NCBI GenBank assembly: GCA_964057225.1 | Contig: OZ059894.1 | Location: 1,488,001 to 1,552,000, forward strand | Length of the DNA: 64,000 bases | Origin: Auanema rhodensis | Taxonomy: Eukaryota; Animalia; Nematoda | Direction: 5' to 3' | Notes under the pieces: generated by a model | What the model saw: only the letters and a program-made list of their open reading frames with translations | What the model was told of the DNA's origin: nothing | The model's database searches: none | In this document: positions 11,201 through 25,400 of the stretch, in pieces | How positions within the stretch are numbered: the stretch's first letter is position 1 | How the letters are laid out: each line of letters opens with the position of its first letter | Made by a program: the position numbers and the translations under genes

Positions 11201-14200
11201 GAGGATATAAGTGTGAACTTATATCAGTTGATATCTCGGTGCATTTTTAAGCTAGCGCAAATCTGATAACACAGATCGACGCAGCTTGAAAATCCGCATC
11301 GAATGCACTATACTACATTGAGGAACGCTTAATACAAAAATTAGTTATGATCGTTTGAAAAATGATGCATTAGTGTATGTTCAGTTTCCATGTACACTCA
11401 ACATAGCTTCCAAAAACATTTTGACAAAAATTTTTTCGAAAAATTTCAAAATAATTTAGCAGAAAGTAGATGTTTTTAGATTCCTTTTTTTAAGGCAAAG
11501 ACGATGGACAATGTTATTCAACGAAAAAATTAATTCTTCAGGGTGAAAATCGAGGATATAAGTGTGAACTTATATCAGTTGATATCTCGGTGCATTTTTA
11601 AGCTAGCGCAAATTTGATAACACAGATCGACGCAGCTTGAAAATCCGCATCGAATGCACTATACTACATTGAGGAACGCTTAATACAAAAATTAGTTATG
11701 ATCGTTTGAAAAATGATGCATTAGTGTATGTTCAGTTTCCATGTACACTCAACATAGCTTCCAAAAACATTTTTACAAAAATTTTTTCGAAAAATTTCAA
11801 AATAATTTAGCAGAAAGTAGATGTTTTTAGATTCCTTTTTTTAAGGCAAAGACGATGGACAATGTTATTCAACGAAAAAATTAATTCTTCAGGGTGAAAA
11901 TCGAGGATATAAGTGTGAACTTATATCAGTTGATAACTCGGTGCATTTTTAAGCTAGCGCAAATTTGATAACACAGATCGACGCAGCTTGAAAATCCGCA
12001 TCGAATGCACTATACTACATTGAGTAACGCTTAATACAAAAATTAGTTATGATCGTTTGAAAAATGATGCATTAGTGTATGTTGAGTTTCCATGTACACT
12101 CAACATAGCTTCCAAAAACATTTTGACAAAAATTTTTTCGAAAAATTTCAAAATAATTTAGCAGAAAGTAGATGTTTTTAGATTCCTTTTTTTAAGGCAA
12201 AGACGATGGACAATGTTATTCAACGAAAAAATTAATTCTTCAGGGTGAAAATCGAGGATATAAGTGTGAACTTATATCAGTTGATATCTCGGTGCATTTT
12301 TAAGCTAGCGCAAATCTGATAATACAGATCGACGCAGCTTGAAAATCCGCATCGAATGCACTATACTACATTGAGGAACGCTTAATACAAAAATTAGTTA
12401 TGATCGTTTGAAAAATGATGCATTAGTGTATGTTCAGTTTCCATGTACACTCAACATAGCTTCCAAAAACATTTTGACAAAAATTTTTTTCGAAAAATTT
12501 CAAAATAATTTAGCAGAAAGTAGATGTTTTTAGATTCCTTTTTTTAAGGCAAAGACGACGGACAATGTTATTCAACGAAAAAATTAATTCTTCAGGGTGA
12601 AAATCGAGGATATAAGTGTGAACTTATATCAGTTGATATCTCGGTGCATTTTTAAGCTAGCGCAAATCTGATAACACAGATCGACGCAGCTTGAAAATCC
12701 GCATCGAATGCACTATACTACATTGAGGAACGCTTAATACAAAAATTAGTTATGATCGTTTGAAAAATGATGCATTAGTGTATGTTGAGTTTCCATGTAC
12801 ACTCAACATAGCTTCCAAAAACATTTTGACAAAAATTTTTTCGAAAAATTTCAAAATAATTTAGCAGAAAGTATATGTTTTTAGATTCCTTTTTTTAAGG
12901 CAAAGACGATGGACAATGTTATTCAACGAAAAAATTAATTCTTCAGGGTGAAAATCGAGGATATAAGTGTGAACTTATATCAGTTGATATCTCGGTGCAT
13001 TTTTAAGCTAGCGCAAATCTGATAACACAGATCGACGCAGCTTGAAAATCCGCATCGAATGCACTATACTACATTGAGGAACGCTTAATACAAAAATTAG
13101 TTATGATCGTTTGAAAAATGATGCATTAGTGTATGTTCAGTTTCCATGTACACTCAACATAGCTTCCAAAAACATTTTGACAAAAATTTTTTCGAAAAAT
13201 TTCAAAATAATTTAGCAGAAAGTAGATGTTTTTAGATTCCTTTTTTTAAGGCAAAGACGATGGACAATGTTATTCAACGAAAAAATTAATTCTTCAGGGT
13301 GAAAATCGAGGATATAAGTGTGAACTTATATCAGTTGATATCTCGGTGCATTTTTAAGCTAGCGCAAATCTGATAACACAGATCGACGCAGCTTGAAAAT
13401 CCGCATCGAATGCACTATACTACATTGAGGAACGCTTAATACAAAAATTAGTTATGATCGTTTGAAAAATGATGCATTAGTGTATGTTCAGTTTCCATGT
13501 ACACTCAACATAGCTTCCAAAAACATTTTGACAAAAATTTTTTCGAAAAATTTCAAAATAATTTAGCAGAAAGTAGATGTTTTTAGATTCCTTTTTTTAA
13601 GGCAAAGACGATGGACAATGTTATTCAACGAAAAAATTAATTCTTCAGGGTGAAAATCGAGGATATAAGTGTGAACTTATATCAGTTGATATCTCGGTGC
13701 ATTTTTAAGCTAGCGCAAATTTGATAACACAGATCGACGCAGCTTGAAAATCCGCATCGAATGCACTATACTACATTGAGGAACGCTTAATACAAAAATT
13801 AGTTATGATCGTTTGAAAAATGATGCATTAGTGTATGTTCAGTTTCCATGTACACTCAACATAGCTTCCAAAAACATTTTGACAAAAATTTTTTCGAAAA
13901 ATTTCAAAATAATTTAGCAGAAAGTAGATGTTTTTAGATTCTTTTTTTTAAGGCAAAGACGATGGACAATGTTATTCAACGAAAAAATTAATTCTTCAGG
14001 GTGAAAATCGAGGATATAAGTGTGAACTTATATCAGTTGATATCTCGGTGCATTTTTAAGCTAGCGCAAATCTGATAACACAGATCGACGCAGCTTGAAA
14101 ATCCGCATCGAATGCACTATACTACATTGAGAAACGCTTAATACAAAAATTAGTTATGATCGTTTGAAAAATGATGCATTAGTGTATGTTTAGTTTCCAT

Positions 14201-16499
14201 GTACACTCAACATAGCTTCCAAAAACATTTTGACAAAATTTTTTTCGAAAAATTTCAGAATAATTTAGCAGAAAGTAGATGTTTTTAGATTCCTTTTTTT
14301 AAGGCAAAGACGACGGACAATGTTATTCAACGAAAAAATTAATTCTTCAGGGTGAAAATCGAGGATATAAGTGTGAACTTATATCAGTTGATATCTCGGT
14401 GCATTTTTAAGCTAGCGCAAATCTGATAACACAGATCGACGCAGCTTGAAAATCCGCATCGAATGCACTATACTACATTGAGGAACGCTTAATACAAAAA
14501 TTAGTTATGATCGTTTGAAAAATGATGCATTAGTGTATGTTGAGTTTCCATGTACACTCAACATAGCTTCCAAAAACATTTTGACAAAAATTTTTTCGAA
14601 AAATTTCAAAATAATTTAGCAGAAAGTAGATGTTTTTAGATTCCTTTTTTTAAGGCAAAGACGATGGACAATGTTATTCAACGAAAAAATTAATTCTTCA
14701 GGGTGAAAATCGAGGATATAAGTGTGAACTTATATCAGTTGATATCTCGGTGCATTTTTAAGCTAGCGCAAATCTGATAACACAGATCGACGCAGCTTGA
14801 AAATCCGCATCGAATGCACTATACTACATTGAGGAACGCTTAATACAAAAATTAGTTATGATCGTTTGAAAAATGATGCATTAGTGTATGTTCAGTTTCC
14901 ATGTACACTCAACATAGCTTCCAAAAACATTTTGACAAAAATTTTTTCGAAAAATTTCAAAATAATTTAGCAGAAAGTAGATGTTTTTAGATTCCTTTTT
15001 TTAAGGCAAAGACGATGGACAATGTTATTCAACGAAAAAATTAATTCTTCAGGGTGAAAATCGAGGATATAAGTGTGAACTTATATCAGTTGATATCTCG
15101 GTGCATTTTTAAGCTAGCGCAAATTTGATAACACAGATCGACGCAGCTTGAAAATCCGCATCGAATGCACTATACTACATTGAGGAACGCTTAATACAAA
15201 AATTAGTTATGATCGTTTGAAAAATGATGCATTAGTGTATGTTCAGTTTCCATGTACACTCAACATAGCTTCCAAAAACATTTTGACAAAAATTTTTTCG
15301 AAAAATTTCAAAATAATTTAGCAGAAAGTAGATGTTTTTAGATTCCTTTTTTTAAGGCAAAGACGATGGACAATGTTATTCAACGAAAAAATTAATTCTT
15401 CAGGGTGAAAATCGAGGATATAAGTGTGAACTTATATCAGTTGATAACTCGGTGCATTTTTAAGCTAGCGCAAATTTGATAACACAGATCGACGCAGCTT
15501 GAAAATCCGCATCGAATGCACTATACTACATTGAGTAACGCTTAATACAAAAATTAGTTATGATCGTTTGAAAAATGATGCATTAGTGTATGTTGAGTTT
15601 CCATGTACACTCAACATAGCTTCCAAAAACATTTTGACAAAAATTTTTTCGAAAAATTTCAAAATAATTTAGCAGAAAGTAGATGTTTTTAGATTCCTTT
15701 TTTTAAGGCAAAGACGATGGACAATGTTATTCAACGAAAAAATTAATTCTTCAGGGTGAAAATCGAGGATATAAGTGTGAACTTATATCAGTTGATATCT
15801 CGGTGCATTTTTAAGCTAGCGCAAATCTGATAATACAGATCGACGCAGCTTGAAAATCCGCATCGAATGCACTATACTACATTGAGGAACGCTTAATACA
15901 AAAATTAGTTATGATCGTTTGAAAAATGATGCATTAGTGTATGTTCAGTTTCCATGTACACTCAACATAGCTTCCAAAAACATTTTGACAAAAATTTTTT
16001 TCGAAAAATTTCAAAATAATTTAGCAGAAAGTAGATGTTTTTAGATTCCTTTTTTTAAGGCAAAGACGACGGACAATGTTATTCAACGAAAAAATTAATT
16101 CTTCAGGGTGAAAATCGAGGATATAAGTGTGAACTTATATCAGTTGATATCTCGGTGCATTTTTAAGCTAGCGCAAATCTGATAACACAGATCGACGCAG
16201 CTTGAAAATCCGCATCGAATGCACTATACTACATTGAGGAACGCTTAATACAAAAATTAGTTATGATCGTTTGAAAAATGATGCATTAGTGTATGTTGAG
16301 TTTCCATGTACACTCAACATAGCTTCCAAAAACATTTTGACAAAAATTTTTTCGAAAAATTTCAAAATAATTTAGCAGAAAGTAGATGTTTTTAGATTCC
16401 TTTTTTTAAGGCAAAGACGATGGACAATGTTATTCAACGAAAAAATTAATTCTTCAGGGTGAAAATCGAGGATATAAGTGTGAACTTATATCAGTTGAT
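5266..16499 (+). repeat. Local 10-monomer (~3.51 kb) higher-order repeat, about 3.2 copies (M16-M47)
   Basis: Rare markers recur at 10-monomer spacing: T2A+G91T (T2A at 8426, 11936, 15447); C252T at 6921, 10431, 13942; G150T+A198T+T273C in M21, M31, M41; C38T with the T insertion in M36 and M46. Confidence 0.88.
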
Positions 16500-19400
16500 A
16501 TCTCGGTGCATTTTTAAGCTAGCGCAAATTTGATAACACAGATCGACGCAGCTTGAAAATCCGCATCGAATGCACTATACTACATTGAGGAACGCTTAAT
16601 ACAAAAATTAGTTATGATCGTTTGAAAAATGATGCATTAGTGTATGTTGAGTTTCCATGTACACTCAACATAGCTTCCAAAAACATTTTGACAAAAATTT
16701 TTTCGAAAAATTTCAAAATAATTGAGCAGAAAGTAGATGTTTTTAGATTCCTTTTTTTAAGGCAAAGACGATGGACAATGTTATTCAACGAAAAAATTAA
16801 TTCTTCAGGGTGAAAATCGAGGATATAAGTGTGAACTTATATCAGTTGATATCTCGGTGCATTTTTAAGCTAGCGCAAATCTGATAACACAGATCGACGC
16901 AGCTTGAAAATCCGCATCGAATGCACTATACTACATTGAGGAACGCTTAATACAAAAATTAGTTATGATCGTTTGAAAAATGATGCATTAGTGTATGTTT
17001 AGTTTCCATGTACACTCAACATAGCTTCCAAAAACATTTTGACAAAATTTTTTTCGAAAAATTTCAAAATAATTTAGCAGAAAGTAGATGTTTTTAGATT
17101 CCTTTTTTTAAGGCAAAGACGACGGACAATGTTATTCAACGAAAAAATTAATTCTTCAGGGTGAAAATCGAGGATATAAGTGTGAACTTATATCAGTTGA
17201 TATCTCGGTGCATTTTTAAGCTAGCGCAAATCTGATAACACAGATCGACGCAGCTTGAAAATCCGCATCGAATGCACTATACTACATTGAGGAACGCTTA
17301 ATACAAAAATTAGTTATGATCGTTTGAAAAATGATGCATTAGTGTATGTTGAGTTTCCATGTACACTCAACATAGCTTCCAAAAACATTTTGACAAAAAT
17401 TTTTTCGAAAAATTTCAAAATAATTTAGCAGAAAGTAGATGTTTTTAGATTCCTTTTTTTAAGGCAAAGACGATGGACAATGTTATTCAACGAAAAAATT
17501 AATTCTTCAGGGTGAAAATCGAGGATATAAGTGTGAACTTATATCAGTTGATATCTCGGTGCATTTTTAAGCTAGCGCAAATCTGATAACACAGATCGAC
17601 GCAGCTTGAAAATCCGCATCGAATGCACTATACTACATTGAGAAACGCTTAATACAAAAATTAGTTATGATCGTTTGAAAAATGATGCATTAGTGTATGT
17701 TTAGTTTCCATGTACACTCAACATAGCTTCCAAAAACATTTTGACAAAATTTTTTTCGAAAAATTTCAAAATAATTTAGCAGAAAGTAGATGTTTTTAGA
17801 TTCCTTTTTTTAAGGCAAAGACGACGGACAATGTTATTCAACGAAAAAATTAATTCTTCAGGGTGAAAATCGAGGATATAAGTGTGAACTTATATCAGTT
17901 GATATCTCGGTGCATTTTTAAGCTAGCGCAAATCTGATAACACAGATCGACGCAGCTTGAAAATCCGCATCGAATGCACTATACTACTTTGAGAAACGCT
18001 TAATACAAAAATTAGTTATGATCGTTTGAAAAATGATGCATTAGTGTATGTTGAGTTTCCATGTACACTCAACATAGCTTCCAAAAACATTTTGACAAAA
18101 ATTTTTTCGAAAAATTTCAAAATAATTTAGCAGAAAGTAGATGTTTTTAGATTCCTTTTTTTAAGGCAAAGACGATGGACAATGTTATTCAACGAAAAAA
18201 TTAATTCTTCAGGGTGAAAATCGAGGATATAAGTGTGAACTTATATCACTTGATATCTCGGTGCATTTTTAAGCTAGCGCAAATTTGATAACACAGATCG
18301 ACGCAGCTTGAAAATCCGCATCGAATGCACTATACTACATTGAGGAACGCTTAATACAAAAATTAGTTATGATCGTTTGAAAAATGATGCATTAGTGTAT
18401 GTTGAGTTTCCATGTACACTCAACATAGCTTCCAAAAACATTTTGACAAAATTTTTTTCGAAAAATTTCAAAATAATTTAGCAGAAAGTAGATGTTTTTA
18501 GATTCCTTTTTTTAAGGCAAAGACGACGGACAATGTTATTCAACGAAAAAATTAATTCTTCAGGGTGAAAATCGAGGATATAAGTGTGAACTTATATCAG
18601 TTGATATCTCGGTGCATTTCTAAGCTAGCGCAAATCTGATAACACAGATCGACGCAGCTTGAAAATCCGCATCGAATGCACTATACTACATTGAGGAACG
18701 CTTAATACAAAAATTAGTTATGATCGTTTGAAAAATGATGCATTAGTGTATGTTTAGTTTCCATGTACACTCAACATAGCTTCCAAAAACATTTTGACAA
18801 AATTTTTTTCAAAAAATTTCAAAATAATTTAGCAGAAAGTAGATGTTTTTAGATTCCTTTTTTTAAGGCAAAGACGATAGACAATGTTATTCAACGAAAA
18901 AATTAATTCTTCAGGGTGAAAATCGAGGATATAAGTGTGAACTTATATCACTTGATATCTCGGTGCATTTTTAAGCTAGCGCAAATCTGATAACACAGAT
19001 CGACGCAGCTTGAAAATCCGCATCGAATGCATTATACTACTTTGAGAAACGCTTAATACAAAAATTAGTTATGATCGTTTGAAAAATGATGCATTAGTGT
19101 ATGTTGAGTTTCCATGTACACTCAACATAGCTTCCAAAAACATTTTGACAAAATTTTTTTCGAAAAATTTCAAAATAATTTAGCAGAAAGTAGATGTTTT
19201 TAGATTCCTTTTTTTAAGGCAAAGACGACGGACAATGTTATTCAACGAAAAAATTAATTCTTCAGGGTGAAAATCGAGGATATAAGTGTGAACTTATATC
19301 AGTTGATATCTCGGTGCATTTTTAAGCTAGCGCAAATCTGATAACACAGATCGACGCAGCTTGAAAATCCGCATCGAATGCACTATACTACTTTGAGAAA

Positions 19401-22400
19401 CGCTTAATACAAAAATTAGTTATGATCGTTTGAAAAATGATGCATTAGTGTATGTTGAGTTTCCATGTACACTCAACATAGCTTCCAAAAACATTTTGAC
19501 AAAAATTTTTTCGAAAAATTTCCAAATAATTTAGCAAAAAGTAGATGTTTTTAGATTCCTTTTTTTAAGGCAAAGACGATAGACAATGTTATTCAACGAA
19601 AAAATTAATTCTTCAGGGTGAAAATCGAGGATATAAGTGTGAACTTATATCAGTTGATATCTCGGTGCATTTTTAAGCTAGCGCAAATCTGATAACACAG
19701 ATCGACGCAGCTTGAAAATCCGCATCGAATGCACTATACTACTTTGAGAAACGCTTAATACAAAAATTAGTTATGATCGTTTGAAAAATGATGCATTAGT
19801 GTATGTTGAGTTTCCATGTACACTCAACATAGCTTCCAAAAACATTTTGACAAAAATTTTTTCGAAAAATTTCAAAATAATTTAGCAGAAAGTAGATGTT
19901 TTTAGATTCCTTTTTTTAAGGCAAAGACGATAGACAATGTTATTCAACGAAAAAATTAATTCTTCAGGGTGAAAATCGAGGATATAAGTGTGAACTTATA
20001 TCACTTGATATCTCGGTGCATTTTTAAGCTAGCGCAAATCTGATAACACAGATCGACGCAGCTTGAAAATCCGCATCGAATGCACTATACTACTTTGAGA
20101 AACGCTTAATACAAAAATTAGTTATGATCGTTTGAAAAATGATGCATTAGTGTATGTTGAGTTTCCATGTACACTCAACATAGCTTCCAAAAACATTTTG
20201 ACAAAATTTTTTTCGAAAAATTTCAAAATAATTTAGCAGAAAGTAGATGTTTTTAGATTCCTTTTTTTAAGGCAATGACGACGGACAATGTTATTCAACG
20301 AAAAAATTAATTCTTCAGGGTGAAAATCGAGGATATAAGTGTGAACTTATATCAGTTGATATCTCGGTGCATTTTTAAGCTAGCGCAAATCTGATAACAC
20401 AGATCGACGCAGCTTGAAAATCCGCATCGAATGCACTATACTACTTTGAGAAACGCTTAATACAAAAATTAGTTATGATCGTTTGAAAAATGATGCATTA
20501 GTGTATGTTGAGTTTCCATGTACACTCAACATAGCTTCCAAAAACATTTTGACAAAAATTTTTTCGAAAAATTTCTAAATAATTTAGCAAAAAGTAGATG
20601 TTTTTAGATTCCTTTTTTTAAGGCAAAGACGATAGACAATGTTATTCAACGAAAAAATTAATTCTTCAGGGTGAAAATCGAGGATATAAGTGTGAACTTA
20701 TATCAGTTGATATCTCGGTGCATTTTTAAGCTAGCGCAAATCTGATAACACAGATCGACGCAGCTTGAAAATCCGCATCGAATGCACTATACTACTTTGA
20801 GAAACGCTTAATACAAAAATTAGTTATGATCGTTTGAAAAATGATGCATTAGTGTATGTTGAGTTTCCATGTACACTCAACATAGCTTCCAAAAACATTT
20901 TGACAAAAATTTTTTCGAAAAATTTCTAAATAATTTAGCAAAAAGTAGATGTTTTTAGATTCCTTTTTTTAAGGCAAAGACGATAGACAATGTTATTCAA
21001 CGAAAAAATTAATTCTTCAGGGTGAAAATCGAGGATATAAGTGTGAACTTATATCAGTTGATATCTCGGTGCATTTTTAAGCTAGCGCAAATCTGATAAC
21101 ACAGATCGACGCAGCTTGAAAATCCGCATCGAATGCACTATACTACTTTGAGAAACGCTTAATACAAAAATTAGTTATGATCGTTTGAAAAATGATGCAT
21201 TAGTGTATGTTGAGTTTCCATGTACACTCAACATAGCTTCCAAAAACATTTTGACAAAAATTTTTTCGAAAAATTTCAAAATAATTTAGCAGAAAGTAGA
21301 TGTTTTTAGATTCCTTTTTTTAAGGCAAAGACGATAGACAATGTTATTCAACGAAAAAATTAATTCTTCAGGGTGAAAATCGAGGATATAAGTGTGAACT
21401 TATATCACTTGATATCTCGGTGCATTTTTAAGCTAGCGCAAATCTGATAACACAGATCGACGCAGCTTGAAAATCCGCATCGAATGCACTATACTACATT
21501 GAGAAACGCTTAATACAAAAATTAGTTATGATCGTTTGAAAAATGATGCATTAGTGTATGTTGAGTTTCCATGTACACTCAACATAGCTTCCAAAAACAT
21601 TTTGACAAAAATTTTTTCGAAAAATTTCAAAATAATTTAGCAGAAAGTAGATGTTTTTAGATTCCTTTTTTTAAGGCAAAGACGATGGACAATGTTATTC
21701 AACGAAAAAATTAATTCTTCAGGGTGAAAATCGAGGATATAAGTGTGAACTTATATCAGTTGATATCTCGGTGCATTTTTAAGCTAGCGCAAATCTGATA
21801 ACACAGATCGACGCAGCTTGAAAATCCGCATCGAATGCACTATACTACTTTGAGAAACGCTTAATACAAAAATTAGTTATGATCGTTTGAAAAATGATGC
21901 ATTAGTGTATGTTGAGTTTCCATGTACACTCAACATAGCTTCCAAAAACATTTTGACAAAAATTTTTTCGAAAAATTTCAAAATAATTTAGCAAAAAGTA
22001 GATGTTTTTAGATTCCTTTTTTCAAGGCAAAGACGATGGACAATGTTATTCAACGAAAAAATTAATTCTTCAGGGTGAAAATCGAGGATATAAGTGTGAA
22101 CTTATATCAGTTGATATCTCGGTGCATTTTTAAGCTAGCGCAAATCTGATAACACAGATCGACGCAGCTTGAAAATCCGCATCGAATGCACTATACTACT
22201 TTGAGAAACGCTTAATACAAAAATTAGTTATGATCGTTTGAAAAATGATGCATTAGTGTATGTTGAGTTTCCATGTACACTCAACATTGCTTCCAAAAAC
22301 ATTTTGACAAAAATTTTTTCGAAAAATTTCAAATTAATTTAGCAGAAAGTATATGTTTTTAGATTCCTTTTCTCAAGGCAAAGACGATGGACAATGTTAT

Positions 22401-25400
22401 TCAACGAAAAAATTAATTCTTCAGGGTGAAAATCGAGGATATATGTGTGAATTTATATCAGTTGATATCTCGGTGCATTTTTAAGCTAGCGCAAATCTGA
22501 TAACACAGATCGACGCAGCTTGAAAATCCGCATTGAATGCACTATACTACATTGAGGAACGCTTAATACAAAAATTAGTTATGATCGTTTGAAAAATGAT
22601 GCATTAGTGTATGTTGAGTTTCCATGTACACTCAACATAGCTTCCAAAAACATTTTGACAAAAATTTTTTCGAAAAATTTCAAAATAATTTAGCAGAAAG
22701 TAGATGTTTTTAGATTCCTTTTTTTAAGGCAAAGACGATGGACAATGTTATTCAACGAAAAAATTAATTCTTCAGGGTGAAAATCGAGGATATAAGTGTG
22801 AACTTATATCAGTTGATATCTCGGTGCATTTTTAAGCTAGCGCAAATCTGATAACACAGATCGACGCAGCTTGAAAATCCGCATCGAATGCACTATACTA
22901 CATTGAGGAACGCTTAATACAAAAATTAGTTATGATCGTTTGAAAAATGATGCATTAGTGTATGTTTAGTTTCCATGTACACTCAACATAGCTTCCAAAA
23001 ACATTTTGACAAAATTTTTTTCGAAAAATTTCAAAATAATTTAGCAGAAAGTAGATGTTTTTAGATTCCTTTTTTTAAGGCAAAGACGACGGACAATGTT
23101 ATTCAACGAAAAAATTAATTCTTCAGGGTGAAAATCGAGGATATAAGTGTGAACTTATATCAGTTGATATCTCGGTGCATTTTTAAGCTAGCGCAAATCT
23201 GATAACACAGATCGACGCAGCTTGAAAATCCGCATCGAATGCACTATACTACATTGAGGAACGCTTAATACAAAAATTAGTTATGATCGTTTGAAAAATG
23301 ATGCATTAGTGTATGTTGAGTTTCCATGTACACTCAACATAGCTTCCAAAAACATTTTGACAAAAATTTTTTCGAAAAATTTCAAAATAATTTAGCAGAA
23401 AGTAGATGTTTTTAGATTCCTTTTTTTAAGGCAAAGACGATGGACAATGTTACTCAACGAAAAAATTAATTCTTCAGGGTGAAAATCGAGGATATAAGTG
23501 TGAACTTATATCAGTTGATATCTCGGTGCATTTTTAAGCTAGCGCAAATCTGATAACACAGATCGACGCAGCTTGAAAATCCGCATCGAATGCACTATAC
23601 TACATTGAGGAACGCTTAATACAAAAATTAGTTATGATCGTTTGAAAAATGATGCATTAGTGTATGTTGAGTTTCCATGTACACTCAACATAGCTTCCAA
23701 AAACATTTTGACAAAAATTTTTTCGAAAAATTTCCAGATAATTTAGCAGAAAGTAGATGTTTCTAGATTCCTTTTTTCAAGGCAAAGACGATGGACAATG
23801 TTATTCAACGAAAAAATTAATTCTTCAGGGTGAAAATCGAGGATATAAGTGTGAATTTATATCAGTTGATATCTCGGTGCATTTTTAAGCTAGCGCAAAT
23901 CTGATAACACAGATCGACGCAGCTTGAAAATCCGCATTGAATGCACTATACTTCATTGAAGAACGCTTAATACAAAAATTAGTTATGATCGTTTGAAAAA
24001 TGATGCATTAGTGTATGTTGAGTTTCCATGTACACTCAACATAGCTTCCAAAAACATTTTGACAAAAATTTTTTCGAAAAATTTCAAAATAATTTAGCAG
24101 AAAGTAGATGTTTTTAGATTCCTTTTTTTAAGGCAAAGACGATGGACAATGTTATTCAACGAAAAAATTAATTCTTCAGGGTGAAAATCGAGGATATAAG
24201 TGTGAACTTATATCAGTTGATATCTCGGTGCATTTTTAAGCTAGCGCAAATCTGATAACACAGATCGACGCAGCTTGAAAATCCGCATCGAATGCACTAT
24301 ACTACATTGAGGAACGCTTAATACAAAAATTAGTTATGATCGTTTGAAAAATGATGCATTAGTGTATGTTGAGTTTCCATGTACACTCAACATAGCTTCC
24401 AAAAACATTTTGACAAAAATTTTTTCGAAAAATTTCAAAATAATTTAGCAGAAAGTAGATGTTTTTAGATTCCTTTTTTTAAGGCAAAGACGATGGACAA
24501 TGTTATTCAACGGAAAAATTAATTCTTCAGGGTGAAAATCGAAGATATAAGTGTTAACTTATATCAGTTGATATCTCGGTGCATTTTTAAGCTAGCGCAA
24601 ATTTGATAACACAGATCGACGCAGCTTGAAAATCCGCATCGAATGCACTATACTACATTGAGGAACGCTTAATACAAAAATTAGTTATGATCGTTTGAAA
24701 AATGATGCATTAGTGTATGTTGAGTTTCCATGTACACTCAACATAGCTTCCAAAAACATTTTGACAAAAATTTTTTCGAAAAATTTCAAAATAATTTAGC
24801 AGAAAGTAGATGTTTTTAGATTCCTTTTTTTAAGGCAAAGACGATGGACAATGTTATTCAACGAAAAAATTAATTCTTCAGGGTGAAAATCGAGGATATA
24901 AGTGTGAACTTATATCAGTTGATATCTCGGTGCATTTTTAAGCTAGCGCAAATCTGATAACACAGATCGACGCAGCTTGAAAATCCGCATCGAATGCACT
25001 ATACTACATTGAGGAACGCTTAATACAAAAATTAGTTATGATCGTTTGAAAAATGATGCATTAGTGTATGTTGAGTTTCCATGTACACTCAACATAGCTT
25101 CCAAAAACATTTTGACAAAAATTTTTTCGAAAAATTTCAAAATAATTTAGCAGAAAGTAGATGTTTTTAGATTCCTTTTTTTAAGGCAAAGACGATGGAC
25201 AATGTTATTCAACGGAAAAATTAATTCTTCAGGGTGAAAATCGAGGATATAAGTGTTAACTTATATCAGTTGATATCTCGGTGCATTTTTAAGCTAGCGC
25301 AAATCTGATAACACAGATCGACGCAGCTTGAAAATCCGCATTGAATGCACTATACTTCATTGAAGAACGCTTAATACAAAAATTAGTTATGATCGTTTGA

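Noticed and set aside
16622-16813. 63-aa ORF from the ORF track (MKNDALVYVEF...)
   Set aside because: It starts at TTG and is monomer positions 123-314 of M48. It is open only because a private T>G at 16724 changes the TAG seen in the other monomers to GAG. There is no recognisable domain, and the K/N/F/I-rich composition reflects the A/T tracts.
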